A stretch of 57,861 nucleotides of DNA from an uncultured Candidatus Saccharibacteria bacterium (GCA_963532195.1 CAUSKH010000001.1:1-57861); one strand, 5' to 3'. Shown: positions 28,291 through 38,451, counted from the stretch's first letter. Made by a program: numbers and translations. The notes: a model not told the origin generated them from the sequence alone.

Positions 28291-28480
28291 CATTTCCCAA
28301 TCTCTATGAAGTATTGATCTGAGAAATTTGACCAGCCAACCGTATGACGAGCTATTTATTGACTTATCTCAGTCCGGTGGGTTATAGCCATCTACAACCC
28401 AACTTAAGAGTTAACTGGCATTTAAGGAAGAAGATATGCTGTTAAGCTAGATTATAATCCGAGATAAAACTAAGTGATTT

Positions 28481-29569
28481 ATGATTAATAATAAAAGTAG
28501 AAATGCTTCGTTAGACATAGTTAGGATTCTAGCTATTATCATGGTAATCGTTGTACATGGAGTAGAGACTGTTTGGAGTATCCATCCGGGAGCTATGAAA
28601 AACTTACCGATGATAGAAGGTATTACTGTTCTTGCGCTTCATGTATTTGGTAGATTGGGTGTACCGCTCTTTTTGTTTCTAACCGGATATCTCATGCTGG
28701 GTTATAAATATAGTCAAAAGAATGTAATTGTATTTTATAGGAAGAGAGTAGTAAGGTTGCTGATAATTCTGTTCATTTGGTCGGTGATCTATTATTTGTA
28801 CGATACCTTGTTTCTAGAGAGACCGTTTAAGATACCTGATCTAATACGACAACTATTATTTATCAGTGATGATCCACTGGCGCCACATCTATGGTACATG
28901 CCGGTAATAATTGGTTTGTATTTGTTTATACCATTTATCTCTAATGTATTGTTAACTATAGATAAAAAAGTATTAAAGATATTGATGTCCGTGGCTATAT
29001 TCTATCTATTCTTTATACCAACTTGTAATATGGTGACACAAGCATTCCATAGCGCACCCCTAGTTAATAATTTAGAATTACACTATATGGGCGGAATATG
29101 TGGAGTAATGATGACTATAGGTTACTTAGTAAAAAGATATCAGGATTTAATAATAAACAAGCTGAAGACTTCATGGTTGGTATTGACATTGATCATCTCT
29201 TTTATTATATCTACTGCGGTATACTATCTTACGCTATGTGTAAAGCAATACGATAAGCTGTTGTGGTATGACTCAATATTCATTCTGCTGGGGGCAAGTT
29301 GTCTTTTTATATTACTCCTAAAGTTATTTAGAGATAACAAAAACCATAAAGTATTAACTAAGATGTCTACAATGACATTTGGTTGCTACTTAGTGCATTA
29401 TGTTTTTGTATATACGTTTAAGATAGTAATCTTAAAAGGAAGAATGGATCATAATGGCAACTTCATGATCTTTATGTTTATTGTTTTAGGATCGGCGATT
29501 ATGAGTATGGTAGTGACCAGTCTAGCCTGTAAATCTAAATTGTTAGCATATGTCTTTGGTGTAAAATAG
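28481..29569 (+). CDS. acyltransferase-3 family membrane O-acyltransferase
   Basis: LDIVRILAIIMVIVVH, VPLFLFLTGYL, HLWYM, TFGCYLVH; about 10 TM segments. Confidence 0.9.
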   Translation: MINNKSRNASLDIVRILAIIMVIVVHGVETVWSIHPGAMKNLPMIEGITVLALHVFGRLGVPLFLFLTGYLMLGYKYSQKNVIVFYRKRVVRLLIILFIWSVIYYLYDTLFLERPFKIPDLIRQLLFISDDPLAPHLWYMPVIIGLYLFIPFISNVLLTIDKKVLKILMSVAIFYLFFIPTCNMVTQAFHSAPLVNNLELHYMGGICGVMMTIGYLVKRYQDLIINKLKTSWLVLTLIISFIISTAVYYLTLCVKQYDKLLWYDSIFILLGASCLFILLLKLFRDNKNHKVLTKMSTMTFGCYLVHYVFVYTFKIVILKGRMDHNGNFMIFMFIVLGSAIMSMVVTSLACKSKLLAYVFGVK

Positions 29570-29574
29570 TTGTT

Positions 29575-31737
29575 CTATTTTTCTTTCTTGTTCTTAATCT
29601 GACTTAGCTGTTGACTAAAATTAGAGGTAGATTTGGATAGCTTAATATCAATTTCAGATATACGGTTATTTAGAGTATTATATCGCCGGTAATTAGGGCT
29701 ATGTTTTTTATATATTGATTTAAGTCGATCTTTTATCTTTATAACTAAGCTTCGGCTTGGTATTAGCTGCTTTATTCTTGGATAGATACTATCGTCCTGC
29801 TTGTCTAAGTACCATTTATATTTATCTAAGAAGTGTCTGACCATAAAATAAAGATCATTGTAATCCTGGCTACGACCATATTTCTTACTAAGGCTAAACA
29901 TGGCACAAAACTCATTTATAAAATAGTCAACTTTACCATCGATGAGGTTATATTTAATTATATAGTCGTCAAATAACCATAGGCATACTCTCATATGATC
30001 TAGAGCTTGATTGTAACCGCTAAAGGTACTAACCATAATACTGTTAGACCTTCTAACGTAATTGTATAACTTCTCATCAACGAAATAGATACTCTTAGCC
30101 AATAGCATGTACGACTTAGTGAAGTAATAGTCTTCGTAGAGTAGACCTTCCGGGAAATGGAGATCGTATTTTTTAATGAATGACTGTCGGAAGATCTTAT
30201 TACAAGCAGATACATCGGTCATCTCTAGAACGTCCTTGGTAATATCATGTTTACCGATAAACTTTAGATCGTAGTATAGTCTGTCATTGCGATACTTGTC
30301 GTAACCACTGGAATATGACATCTTAATACCACATATCGCTAGGTCAGTATTATTTTGATTAATTGCCTCGTACATCTTTTGGCATATTTTTGGTTCATAA
30401 TAGTCATCACTATCGCAAAACATGACATATTTAGCATGGGAGGAATGCATGCCGTAATTACGAGCTCCAGCCAGTCCTCGATTAGACTCATGGATGATAG
30501 TGATACGTGGATCAGACTTCCAATATTTTTCTATCAGTTCAATTGACCGATCTTGACAACCGTCATCCACGCAGATAATCTCTATTTCTTCCATTGTTTG
30601 GTTAATTATTGAGTCAATACATTTCTCAATATAGTCTTCGACATTATATACCGGTATAACTACGGAAACTTTGGCTTTTGCTCGAGCTTTTAAGCGTCTA
30701 GTGTACATCTTAGGGTTGTCAATTATTTCGTTGAGTATTCTGGTGTCAGTTTCATCTATTAAGTACCAGTTTATATTTTTCTTAGCCCGGTCTTCCTTGA
30801 ACTCATTTGATATAACCGGGAGAAACTGGAAAGCTAGCTCTAGTGATAATCGTTTTAGATTCCATTTATATTTACTAAACTTTGCAAAGTTGACTATTTT
30901 GCGTACTTTTAGGGTATCCATTTGATGGTCAATGATATATTGGTCAATACTGCGTTGTTCGTCGACAACACACATGACCTTCCCCGGGTTATTCACTGAT
31001 GACTTCTCATTGTCTTGACGATAATGAAGAAAAGCTTGATCGGTTAAAGTGACTCGGTCAGCCATAAGTATGGTTTTGAAGGCGAAACCGGTATCCTGAT
31101 AAGAAGCTCCCGGACTAGGGAGAAACTGGATATCGTTGTTACGCAGGAAATCAGCTCGATAAATAGCTGACCAGATGCTAGGTGGCACGTAAAACAAGCT
31201 ATGATAGTCATTGCGAGGACAAACGGTTTTACCGTTCATATTTTCTGGTATAATATTGCTAATTACATTATGGTCGTGGACAACTCTAGATAGTTCATTG
31301 CTCCATATTTCACCAATACTAGTATCCCATAAGCTACTTTGTTCGGTTAAGTCGGTAAAATAATAGTAAAAGTTACTCTTTACTATGTCGGGGTAGTCAT
31401 TTTCTTGGGCAATATTATATAGCTTCTGAAACATATCCTGTTCTGCAAAATCATCAGATTCGACGATACCTATATATTTGCCACGAGCTTTCTTTATGCC
31501 GAGATTCATAGTGTCGCCATAGCCCGAGTTCTCTTTACTTATGATAACTATACGGGTATCGTTCTTAGCATATCGTTTAATTATCGACAAAGAGTTGTCG
31601 GTTGATCCATCATCAAGACAGATGATTTCAATATCCTTCATAGTTTGATTAGTTAAGCTGACTAAACATTCATCAAGATATTTTTCAACATTACAAATGG
31701 GTACCAGAATTGATATTTTAGGTGATGTTCTACTCAT
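29575..31737 (-). CDS. tandem two-domain GT2 glycosyltransferase
   Basis: Two GT2 modules: ILVPICNVEKY...DDGSTD...VESDD and VIPVYNVEDY...DDGCQD...FCDSDD. Confidence 0.9.
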   Translation of the reverse strand: MSRTSPKISILVPICNVEKYLDECLVSLTNQTMKDIEIICLDDGSTDNSLSIIKRYAKNDTRIVIISKENSGYGDTMNLGIKKARGKYIGIVESDDFAEQDMFQKLYNIAQENDYPDIVKSNFYYYFTDLTEQSSLWDTSIGEIWSNELSRVVHDHNVISNIIPENMNGKTVCPRNDYHSLFYVPPSIWSAIYRADFLRNNDIQFLPSPGASYQDTGFAFKTILMADRVTLTDQAFLHYRQDNEKSSVNNPGKVMCVVDEQRSIDQYIIDHQMDTLKVRKIVNFAKFSKYKWNLKRLSLELAFQFLPVISNEFKEDRAKKNINWYLIDETDTRILNEIIDNPKMYTRRLKARAKAKVSVVIPVYNVEDYIEKCIDSIINQTMEEIEIICVDDGCQDRSIELIEKYWKSDPRITIIHESNRGLAGARNYGMHSSHAKYVMFCDSDDYYEPKICQKMYEAINQNNTDLAICGIKMSYSSGYDKYRNDRLYYDLKFIGKHDITKDVLEMTDVSACNKIFRQSFIKKYDLHFPEGLLYEDYYFTKSYMLLAKSIYFVDEKLYNYVRRSNSIMVSTFSGYNQALDHMRVCLWLFDDYIIKYNLIDGKVDYFINEFCAMFSLSKKYGRSQDYNDLYFMVRHFLDKYKWYLDKQDDSIYPRIKQLIPSRSLVIKIKDRLKSIYKKHSPNYRRYNTLNNRISEIDIKLSKSTSNFSQQLSQIKNKKEK

Positions 31738-31820
31738 ATTGACTATACTACCATACTATGTTGAGCTTAGTGATATAATTGAGGCGATGTAGTCAGTCAT
31801 GAGTGAGGAGATATGAGGAA

Positions 31821-33728
31821 ATGAGCAAGAAGAGTAGTGATATTAAGATCCTGATTGCCTGCCATAAGCCGAGTGAGTTACCTAAAAATAACTTATTCCT
31901 GCCTATTAGAGTTGGAGCGGAGGAGGCTAAGGATGATCTTGGTCTCCAGCGAGACGACGATGGTGAGGATAATATATCCCATAAGAACTCAGGCTACTGT
32001 GAGTTAACAGCTATTTACTGGGCATGGAAAAACCTTGAAGCAGATTATTATGGTTTATTTCATTATCGGCGCTATTACTCTTTTAGTAGCCGACGATATC
32101 CGGTTAGTGATGATGGTCACATGATGGTACGAGCTAGATTATTATCTCCCGAAGTATACGATAAGTTTGGTCTAACAGATGAAGATCAAATGCGACGGAT
32201 AATTGAAGCTAACGACCTAATAGTTCACGAGTCTAGACCGGTCAAGGATTTACCAACACCGATGGGATTAGCGGGAAAGTCAGTCAGAGAGCACTATATC
32301 TACCACGATGGCACTATAGTACGGAATAGTGATATTGAACTAATGACGAATATTGTCGGGAATAAATATCCAACGATATATCCATATTATCAAAAGTACC
32401 TCGATGGTAATTTCTTTCTTGGCTACAACATGTTTATCATGAAGAAGCAGTTCTTTACAAAAATGTGTCAGTTTGAGTTTGATGTATTAGAGGAAGTGGA
32501 GAAGACTCTTGGTAAAGGTCTAAATCAGCGTAGTCTAAATGCTAACAGGGTGTACGGGTACTTAGCAGAGATCCTAACCAGTGTCTATATTTATTATTTA
32601 CGACAGACTATTCCCGGCTTGAAAGTAAAAGAGCTGCAGATGATTTATGCTCTCAAGACTGATCCTGTCAGTCGGTATGACATAGAGCCGTTAAATGACC
32701 AATCTATACCAGTTGTTTTTGATTTGATGGCTTATCCTATTTCTAATGTAGATTATTATTTCCAAGCAGTTCTAGCACAGTTTATTGATAATTGTAGTAG
32801 CAAGCGAAAATACGATGTTATAGTCGCTCATAGTGGCACATTATCTGAGTTATGTATGTCGGAGTACTTGAAGTGTGTTCCTAATAATATAAACTTAAGA
32901 TTCTTGGACTACTCCAATAGCCTAGATCAATTATGCGAACTCAAAAGAATTGACAATATCAGTCTTAAATTAACTCTACCATGGGTGCTTAAGCATTATG
33001 ATCGAATAATTTATTTGAGCTGGCACTCATGGGTAAAAGGAGATGTGAACGACTTATGGAGTCTAAGAACTAAAGATAATGAAGTAGCTGCTTGCCAAAA
33101 TATGTTTACGATAGGGCGACTTGTAGAAGTTAATTGTGATAAGCGGATCCCCAGAATAAAGTCGCTGACAGATAAACTAAAACTAGATGTGACAAAGTAC
33201 TTTGATACTAATGTTATGCTAATTGATTTAGCGCAAATAAGACAACGGCATTCTCTGGATGATGTTATTTCTAAGTATAATAGTCTACACCAAGAGTTTA
33301 GTAGCGAAGATATATTTAACTACTTATATGGTAAAGTCGAGTTAATCGGACAACAATGGAATTACCAGATACCTACCGGTAATACAGTTAACCATATTGG
33401 TAATTTCTTCACTCCGATTAAATTGTATCAAGAATGGAATAGTACTAAAACATCATATAAGATTGGTCAATTCGTTCCGCAGTCCATTGTCAATGGTAAA
33501 ACTATGTTTATGCTTGATTTTTATAAAGTAATGTCAAGCTGTAGTCTGTGGATGTTGCTTGTGATAAGTCGTAAAGATACATCTCAAAGAGCTGGAAGAA
33601 GCGTTTCGTTACGAGATCGAATTGCTCCGGTCGGCTCATTACGGCGCACTCTTATCAGGACTTTATTGCCGAGTGGTAGTCGTTTGCGCACTATGGGTGG
33701 CAAAATATATCGAAGAGTACGATCCTGA
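31821..33728 (+). CDS. DUF4422 (GT111 Galf transferase) + GT8-like fusion, WbbM-like architecture
   Basis: KILIACHK, DNIS.KN..YCELTAIYWAWKN, GLFHYRRY, NMFIMKK, R..GYLAE; C-terminal GT8-like region (IPVVF, YFDTNVMLIDL, WNYQ). Start set at the ATG after GAGGA. Confidence 0.8.
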   Translation: MSKKSSDIKILIACHKPSELPKNNLFLPIRVGAEEAKDDLGLQRDDDGEDNISHKNSGYCELTAIYWAWKNLEADYYGLFHYRRYYSFSSRRYPVSDDGHMMVRARLLSPEVYDKFGLTDEDQMRRIIEANDLIVHESRPVKDLPTPMGLAGKSVREHYIYHDGTIVRNSDIELMTNIVGNKYPTIYPYYQKYLDGNFFLGYNMFIMKKQFFTKMCQFEFDVLEEVEKTLGKGLNQRSLNANRVYGYLAEILTSVYIYYLRQTIPGLKVKELQMIYALKTDPVSRYDIEPLNDQSIPVVFDLMAYPISNVDYYFQAVLAQFIDNCSSKRKYDVIVAHSGTLSELCMSEYLKCVPNNINLRFLDYSNSLDQLCELKRIDNISLKLTLPWVLKHYDRIIYLSWHSWVKGDVNDLWSLRTKDNEVAACQNMFTIGRLVEVNCDKRIPRIKSLTDKLKLDVTKYFDTNVMLIDLAQIRQRHSLDDVISKYNSLHQEFSSEDIFNYLYGKVELIGQQWNYQIPTGNTVNHIGNFFTPIKLYQEWNSTKTSYKIGQFVPQSIVNGKTMFMLDFYKVMSSCSLWMLLVISRKDTSQRAGRSVSLRDRIAPVGSLRRTLIRTLLPSGSRLRTMGGKIYRRVRS

Positions 33729-33735
33729 ACTTAGT

Positions 33736-35196
33736 CTACCTCTTAGTAAAGTGACTTCCAGTGTAATTAGAGAAAGTTATTACCCCATGCTCGTATTCTT
33801 GATGCCAGGTCTGATTACCATCATAGTATTCTGAGCTGGTCGGATATCCTGCCTGACCGCCTTGGTAGCCCATTCTAGCCCAACGCTCTCTAATACCGCC
33901 TTTAGACTCCCAGAAACCAAGCTTTGCTGTACCGACTATAGCGCCATGCTCATAATTCTGCCACCAACCTCGACCATCCCAAACTTCCGGTCCGGTGGGA
34001 TAACCCATAGCGCCACCCTGCCAGCCTAATTTAGCCCAACGTTCTCTGATACCGCCTTTGGATTCCCAAAAGCCGGTCTTGGTTGTACCGACGATAGCGC
34101 CACGTTCATAATTCTGCCACCAACCACGTCCATCCCAGACTTCAGGTCCGGTGGGATAACCCATAGCACCACCCTGCCAGCCTAATTTAGCCCAACGTTC
34201 TCTGATACCGCCTTTGGATTCCCATGCTCCGGTACTACTATGCCAGATGATGGCACCTCGCTGAAAGCTCTGCCAGCAAGTATCTTTATTGGGGCAATAC
34301 TCAGAGCTGGTCGGTTGACCAAGCCCCCCCGATATCTTATCGTAACGCTCTCTAATAGCCCCTTTGATTACATAATTATGAGTATCACCGAACCAGTTAG
34401 TAAACATGTTATAGAAATTACGATTACCGTAAGTGCTACAAGCGTCACCTAGCCCGGTTACAGCATTAAGTGAAGCCTGGTTTGGTACATAAGGAGTGTA
34501 GCGATAAAGTGCAGAAGTAGCCCGATTAGCGATATAGATTCGTTTGGTACCACAGGATTGGCGGGGGTGGTAGTAGATATCTCTGGTGGTATAAGCCGGA
34601 TAGTTGCTCCAACCACCATCAAGAACTTCTCGGAAGAATGCAGCTGCCGAACGTACCTGATTAATAAAACCGGCATGTTCAGGACGGCATCCCTTACCGT
34701 CATCGGGGCAAGCAAAGCCGGTAGCATGGTCGTATTCCAGATTACTCGGATAAGTATCGCTTACTAAACGCTGTTCTTTTTCTAGTATCACTATTAGAAC
34801 TTGAGGATTAATGTTGTAGTCTTGGGCAGCTTGCCAAATGATATGCGAAGTAGTTTGTTTATTAAATGATTCGTCTGCCATGCAAACAAAATGACCATCT
34901 TTAATGTTGTAGTGATACCCTGGGACTCTCTTGTTAAGATTACGATCATTACAGGGGTTTTTACTATGGAGAAAGTTCCAGATATCCTTCTCAGACATAG
35001 AGTGTTTGTTGCTCATTACGGAATCACTCATAATATCGCCGTCTTTCCAGCCGGCTAAGTATGCTTGAGTGTTATGAATAGGATGGAGTAATTGGTACAG
35101 GCTGAAACCGCCAATGGCTAAACCTAGCACCAGTAATACTCCGACCATATATAGAAATGATCGTCGATGAGTGATATGAAAGGTAGTGGTCGTCAT
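33736..35196 (-). CDS. membrane-anchored protein with N-terminal hydrolase-like domain and C-terminal LGFP repeats
   Basis: TM; AAQDYNINPQVLIVILEKEQ, NRATSALYRYTPY, YGNRNF..F..WFG; repeats of GGIRERWA.LG..GG.MGYPT..E......WQNYE.GAI. Confidence 0.8.
   Translation of the reverse strand: MTTTTFHITHRRSFLYMVGVLLVLGLAIGGFSLYQLLHPIHNTQAYLAGWKDGDIMSDSVMSNKHSMSEKDIWNFLHSKNPCNDRNLNKRVPGYHYNIKDGHFVCMADESFNKQTTSHIIWQAAQDYNINPQVLIVILEKEQRLVSDTYPSNLEYDHATGFACPDDGKGCRPEHAGFINQVRSAAAFFREVLDGGWSNYPAYTTRDIYYHPRQSCGTKRIYIANRATSALYRYTPYVPNQASLNAVTGLGDACSTYGNRNFYNMFTNWFGDTHNYVIKGAIRERYDKISGGLGQPTSSEYCPNKDTCWQSFQRGAIIWHSSTGAWESKGGIRERWAKLGWQGGAMGYPTGPEVWDGRGWWQNYERGAIVGTTKTGFWESKGGIRERWAKLGWQGGAMGYPTGPEVWDGRGWWQNYEHGAIVGTAKLGFWESKGGIRERWARMGYQGGQAGYPTSSEYYDGNQTWHQEYEHGVITFSNYTGSHFTKR
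33780..34225 (-). repeat. 156-bp (52-aa) coding tandem repeats (LGFP)
   Basis: gataccgcctttggattccca occurs at 34048 and 34204 (spacing 156); a third, more diverged copy follows. Edges approximate. Confidence 0.85.
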
Positions 35197-35792
35197 AGAT
35201 TTGCCTCACCGGTCAATGTGCCATTTCTTCCACTACCGTTAGCTACTATTTTAATTGTCCAATGACCTCTGATTCGACCTAATTTGCTCACTGGGATATC
35301 CCAGCCGTAACAGGTGGAAGTCTGAGGATTGGCGATTAGTTTAGCTCGCTCTTGATAGACTTGCCCGGCCGGACCGGTCAAGGTTAGATCGCAAGTGCCA
35401 TTTGGGTCATTTATTAATTGATTGATAGTTGCTCTGACCAACATGGTTTCCCTGACGGGTGTAGCGATGTCAACACTACCGGTTAACGTGGGGTTATTCT
35501 GAACGCTGCCGCCTTCGTAGCGTTTCGGTGCTTTATTAGTACTTTGGTTAGCTGAATCATTAGATTGACTAGTGTTATTAGTGTTGGTTACGTTAGTATC
35601 CTTGTCGTTAGTGGCCGTCTTTACTTTATTGTTCTCATTCTTTTGCTTGGATTTCTTGGATTGTGTGGATGGTTGTTTTTTGACGACACCATTGCTATTA
35701 ATGCCGGCGTAGGCAATACCGCCGGCAATCAAAATCAGAATAATCAGCACGGATATAACGATTTTTGTGTTTGTTCCTTTGCGAATGCGCAT
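35193..35792 (-). CDS. membrane-anchored protein, paralog of 24600-25199
   Basis: TM, K/N/T/S linker, VRATINQLINDPNGTC...LIANP..STCYGWD...GHW...GTLTGEANL; AAGGAG SD. Confidence 0.78.
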   Translation of the reverse strand: MRIRKGTNTKIVISVLIILILIAGGIAYAGINSNGVVKKQPSTQSKKSKQKNENNKVKTATNDKDTNVTNTNNTSQSNDSANQSTNKAPKRYEGGSVQNNPTLTGSVDIATPVRETMLVRATINQLINDPNGTCDLTLTGPAGQVYQERAKLIANPQTSTCYGWDIPVSKLGRIRGHWTIKIVANGSGRNGTLTGEANL

Positions 35793-35869
35793 ATTTTTCT
35801 CCTTCTATTATGCTTATATTAGCATATGGGTTATTTATAGGCAATTACACTATGGTAGAATCAGATAAG

Positions 35870-37024
35870 ATGGAAAGCTACAGTGAACCGAAGGTAGCCC
35901 TAGTCTGCGATTGGTTGACAGAGATTGGTGGGGCAGAACAGGTACTCTTAGAGTTAACTAAGATTTTTCCCGAAGCACCGATCTATACTTCACAATATCG
36001 TCCTCGTTCGGTTACCAAGTTTCAAGGCAAACGAGTGATTACGGGTCGGCTAAATATTCTGCCCAGGGCTTTACGCAAGTTCATCGCTCCTTTGCGGGCG
36101 CACTACTTTAATCACTTGTGCCTGACCGATTATGATATCGTTATCTCGGTTTGCAACGCTGAATGTAAAGGTATCAAAGTGGCGAGCGGTACTCGTCATA
36201 TTGCCTATTTGCAGGGTCCACCTACCCAGTATTACTGGGGTATGTATGATCAATATATCGCTAACCCCGGCTTCGGTAAGCTTAATTGGCTAGCTCGTTT
36301 CGGGCTAAGGGTGCTGGTCAAGCCGATGCGTCGCTCGGACTGGCGAGCGGCTCAGCGCCCTGATGTTTTGCTGGCTAATTCACACTACGTAGCGGATGAG
36401 ATCAAGCGTTACTATGGTAGATCCAGTCAAGTGTTGTTTCCTCTAGCCCAAGTAGATCAGATCAAGCTGGCTAGTCAGCAGGTAAAAGCGAAGGATATCC
36501 GTCAGATCCGCCAAGAGCTATTTAGAGGGGGAGACTTTTATGTCGTAGCCGGTCGGCAGGTGAACTGGAAGAGATTCGACTTAGCTATTCGGGCTTGTCT
36601 GGAAACCGGAGAGAACTTGCTGGTGATCGGTAGCGGACCGGAACACAATTCACTGGTGAAACTGGTAGGGGATAGCTCACAGATCAAGTTCTTACCTAAA
36701 TATGACGGGGTAGGAGAGATAGTTAAATATTATCGGTCAGCTAAAGGGCTAATTTTCCCCAGCCTGGAGCCTTTCGGCATCGTACCGGTCGAGGCATTAG
36801 CGAGCGGGTTACCGGTACTGGCATTCCGGCTTGGCGGGTCGGCTGATATCATTAGAGACGGAGTAAATGGGCTATTTTTCCCGGAACAAACGGTCGATAG
36901 CTTGGCGGAGGGAATAAAAAGATTTAACGTCGCACAGTTTAAACATGACCAAGTAGTTAAATCAGCCGAACGTTTCTCTGCGGAGCACTTTCGGAAGAAT
37001 ATTAAGCAGATAATAGAGCAGTGA
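35870..37024 (+). CDS. glycosyltransferase family 4
   Basis: KVALVCDWL..IGGAEQV, LANSHYV, KRFDLAI, FPSLEPFGIVPVEALASG; start moved from 35765 to ATG 35870, with TGGTAGAAT 8 nt upstream. Confidence 0.88.
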   Translation: MESYSEPKVALVCDWLTEIGGAEQVLLELTKIFPEAPIYTSQYRPRSVTKFQGKRVITGRLNILPRALRKFIAPLRAHYFNHLCLTDYDIVISVCNAECKGIKVASGTRHIAYLQGPPTQYYWGMYDQYIANPGFGKLNWLARFGLRVLVKPMRRSDWRAAQRPDVLLANSHYVADEIKRYYGRSSQVLFPLAQVDQIKLASQQVKAKDIRQIRQELFRGGDFYVVAGRQVNWKRFDLAIRACLETGENLLVIGSGPEHNSLVKLVGDSSQIKFLPKYDGVGEIVKYYRSAKGLIFPSLEPFGIVPVEALASGLPVLAFRLGGSADIIRDGVNGLFFPEQTVDSLAEGIKRFNVAQFKHDQVVKSAERFSAEHFRKNIKQIIEQ

Positions 37025-38451
37025 CCGGTAAATTAAAGCTAATCCTAACTGAACTAAAGGCGTTCCGGCGGCTGTCGCTGCTGGAACGGCTTTGGCTCAT
37101 GGCGCCAATTATGATCTGGTTTTCTTATTTACCGCGAATCAGTTTGGCGGAAGACGGCACGATGAATTACGAGCTGTCGCTGACGCTGATCTATGTTGTG
37201 ATATTAGCAATTGTCGGGTTACCGAGGGTTTGGCACCACCGGTCGGAACTAAGGCAATCAAGGCCGATCTGGCTGGCTAGTGCCTTCGTCGGCTGGTCCG
37301 GTTTATGTGTAATCTGGTCAGATAATCACACTAGAGGTCTACTAACCTTTGCTGTGTACGTCGTGCTGTATTTGGTCTTCTTAGCGTTAGTGGCTGAGCG
37401 TCGTCTGCTGTGCCAGCTATTACCAAAGCTAGTGAGAGTAGCTATCTGGGCGACGATTTCGGCTTGCCTCTTGGCGATTACCCAGATGGTCTTAGGAACA
37501 TTTGTCATCACTAACCGCCATAGCCTCGGGTTGTGTGCCGGCTGTGTGGCGGGACAGTTTGGCTTCATCAGGCCAAATCTACTAGCGATCGAGCCGCAGT
37601 TCTTAGGTAGCTTGCTGTTGGCGCCACTTCTCTATATTACTTATCTAACCTTACAGGGGAAACATGACTATGCTAAGCAGTCATTACTATTAGTGCTGAT
37701 GCTGACTACTTTATGGTTAACGCTATCTCGAGGAGCAATCTATGCCTATCTGGCTGGTCTGGTAGTGATGATTTTGTTAGTCAGAAAGTGGCGTCGTATG
37801 CTAGCGGTAGTAGGGTCGGTTGCCTTATCTCTAGTGATCTGTCTGATCTGCCAGGGTGCTCTAGCCAGTGCTAACCCACGGATCGACAGTAGCTTTACTC
37901 AGGCGGTATCGACTAGTCTGAATCATCTATCAATGGGAATCATCCGACTCCCCTATCAGCAGAAATCGCCGACTTCCCCGCCGTCGATTCCTCAAGGGCA
38001 CGATAAACAGCCGGCTTATCATGGCTATGTCGCTGAGTCGACTAACGTGCGACTAAGTCTGACGAAGACTGCTCTGGCTGCTTGGCGGTCTAACCAGCTC
38101 GGTCAGCAACTCTTTGGCACCGGACTGGGCTCAGCCGGGATAGTCTTAGCTCGGCAGACGGGAAGTCGGTACCAAAAGGAGATAGTCCAAAATGAATTTG
38201 TCGAAGTCCTGTTAGAGCGAGGGTTGATCGGTCTAGTTTTATTGGGTGGACTAGTGGCGCTATACGGGAGGTTATGCTCTCAGCGACGAGATTATTTAGC
38301 ACTAGTTATCTTGGTTGCTTACCTGGCGCAGTGGTGCTTCTTTAGCGGGCTACCTAATGCCCTGCATATCTATCTGGTGCTGGCGCTGCTAAGCGCTAAA
38401 CTACTAGACGGCGCCCCGGCTGGTAAAAACTTGCCGGACGGTCTTGAATAA
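37021..38451 (+). CDS. O-antigen ligase / Wzy-like polytopic membrane protein
   Basis: Many TM segments; RPN.LAIEPQFLG, LTLSRGA, R......A...W, FGTGLG, QNEFVEVLLERGLIG. Confidence 0.75.
   Translation: MTGKLKLILTELKAFRRLSLLERLWLMAPIMIWFSYLPRISLAEDGTMNYELSLTLIYVVILAIVGLPRVWHHRSELRQSRPIWLASAFVGWSGLCVIWSDNHTRGLLTFAVYVVLYLVFLALVAERRLLCQLLPKLVRVAIWATISACLLAITQMVLGTFVITNRHSLGLCAGCVAGQFGFIRPNLLAIEPQFLGSLLLAPLLYITYLTLQGKHDYAKQSLLLVLMLTTLWLTLSRGAIYAYLAGLVVMILLVRKWRRMLAVVGSVALSLVICLICQGALASANPRIDSSFTQAVSTSLNHLSMGIIRLPYQQKSPTSPPSIPQGHDKQPAYHGYVAESTNVRLSLTKTALAAWRSNQLGQQLFGTGLGSAGIVLARQTGSRYQKEIVQNEFVEVLLERGLIGLVLLGGLVALYGRLCSQRRDYLALVILVAYLAQWCFFSGLPNALHIYLVLALLSAKLLDGAPAGKNLPDGLE

Noticed and set aside
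28291..28480. Pseudogene remnant between glf and the acyltransferase
   Set aside because: The short coding-like stretch (IDLRNLTSQPYDELFIDLSQSGGL) has no start or recognisable family; it cannot be supported without a search.
33780..34225. Diversity-generating retroelement TR/VR pair
   Set aside because: The copies are tandem in-frame LGFP units with mostly synonymous, non-adenine-specific differences, and there is no reverse transcriptase in the window.
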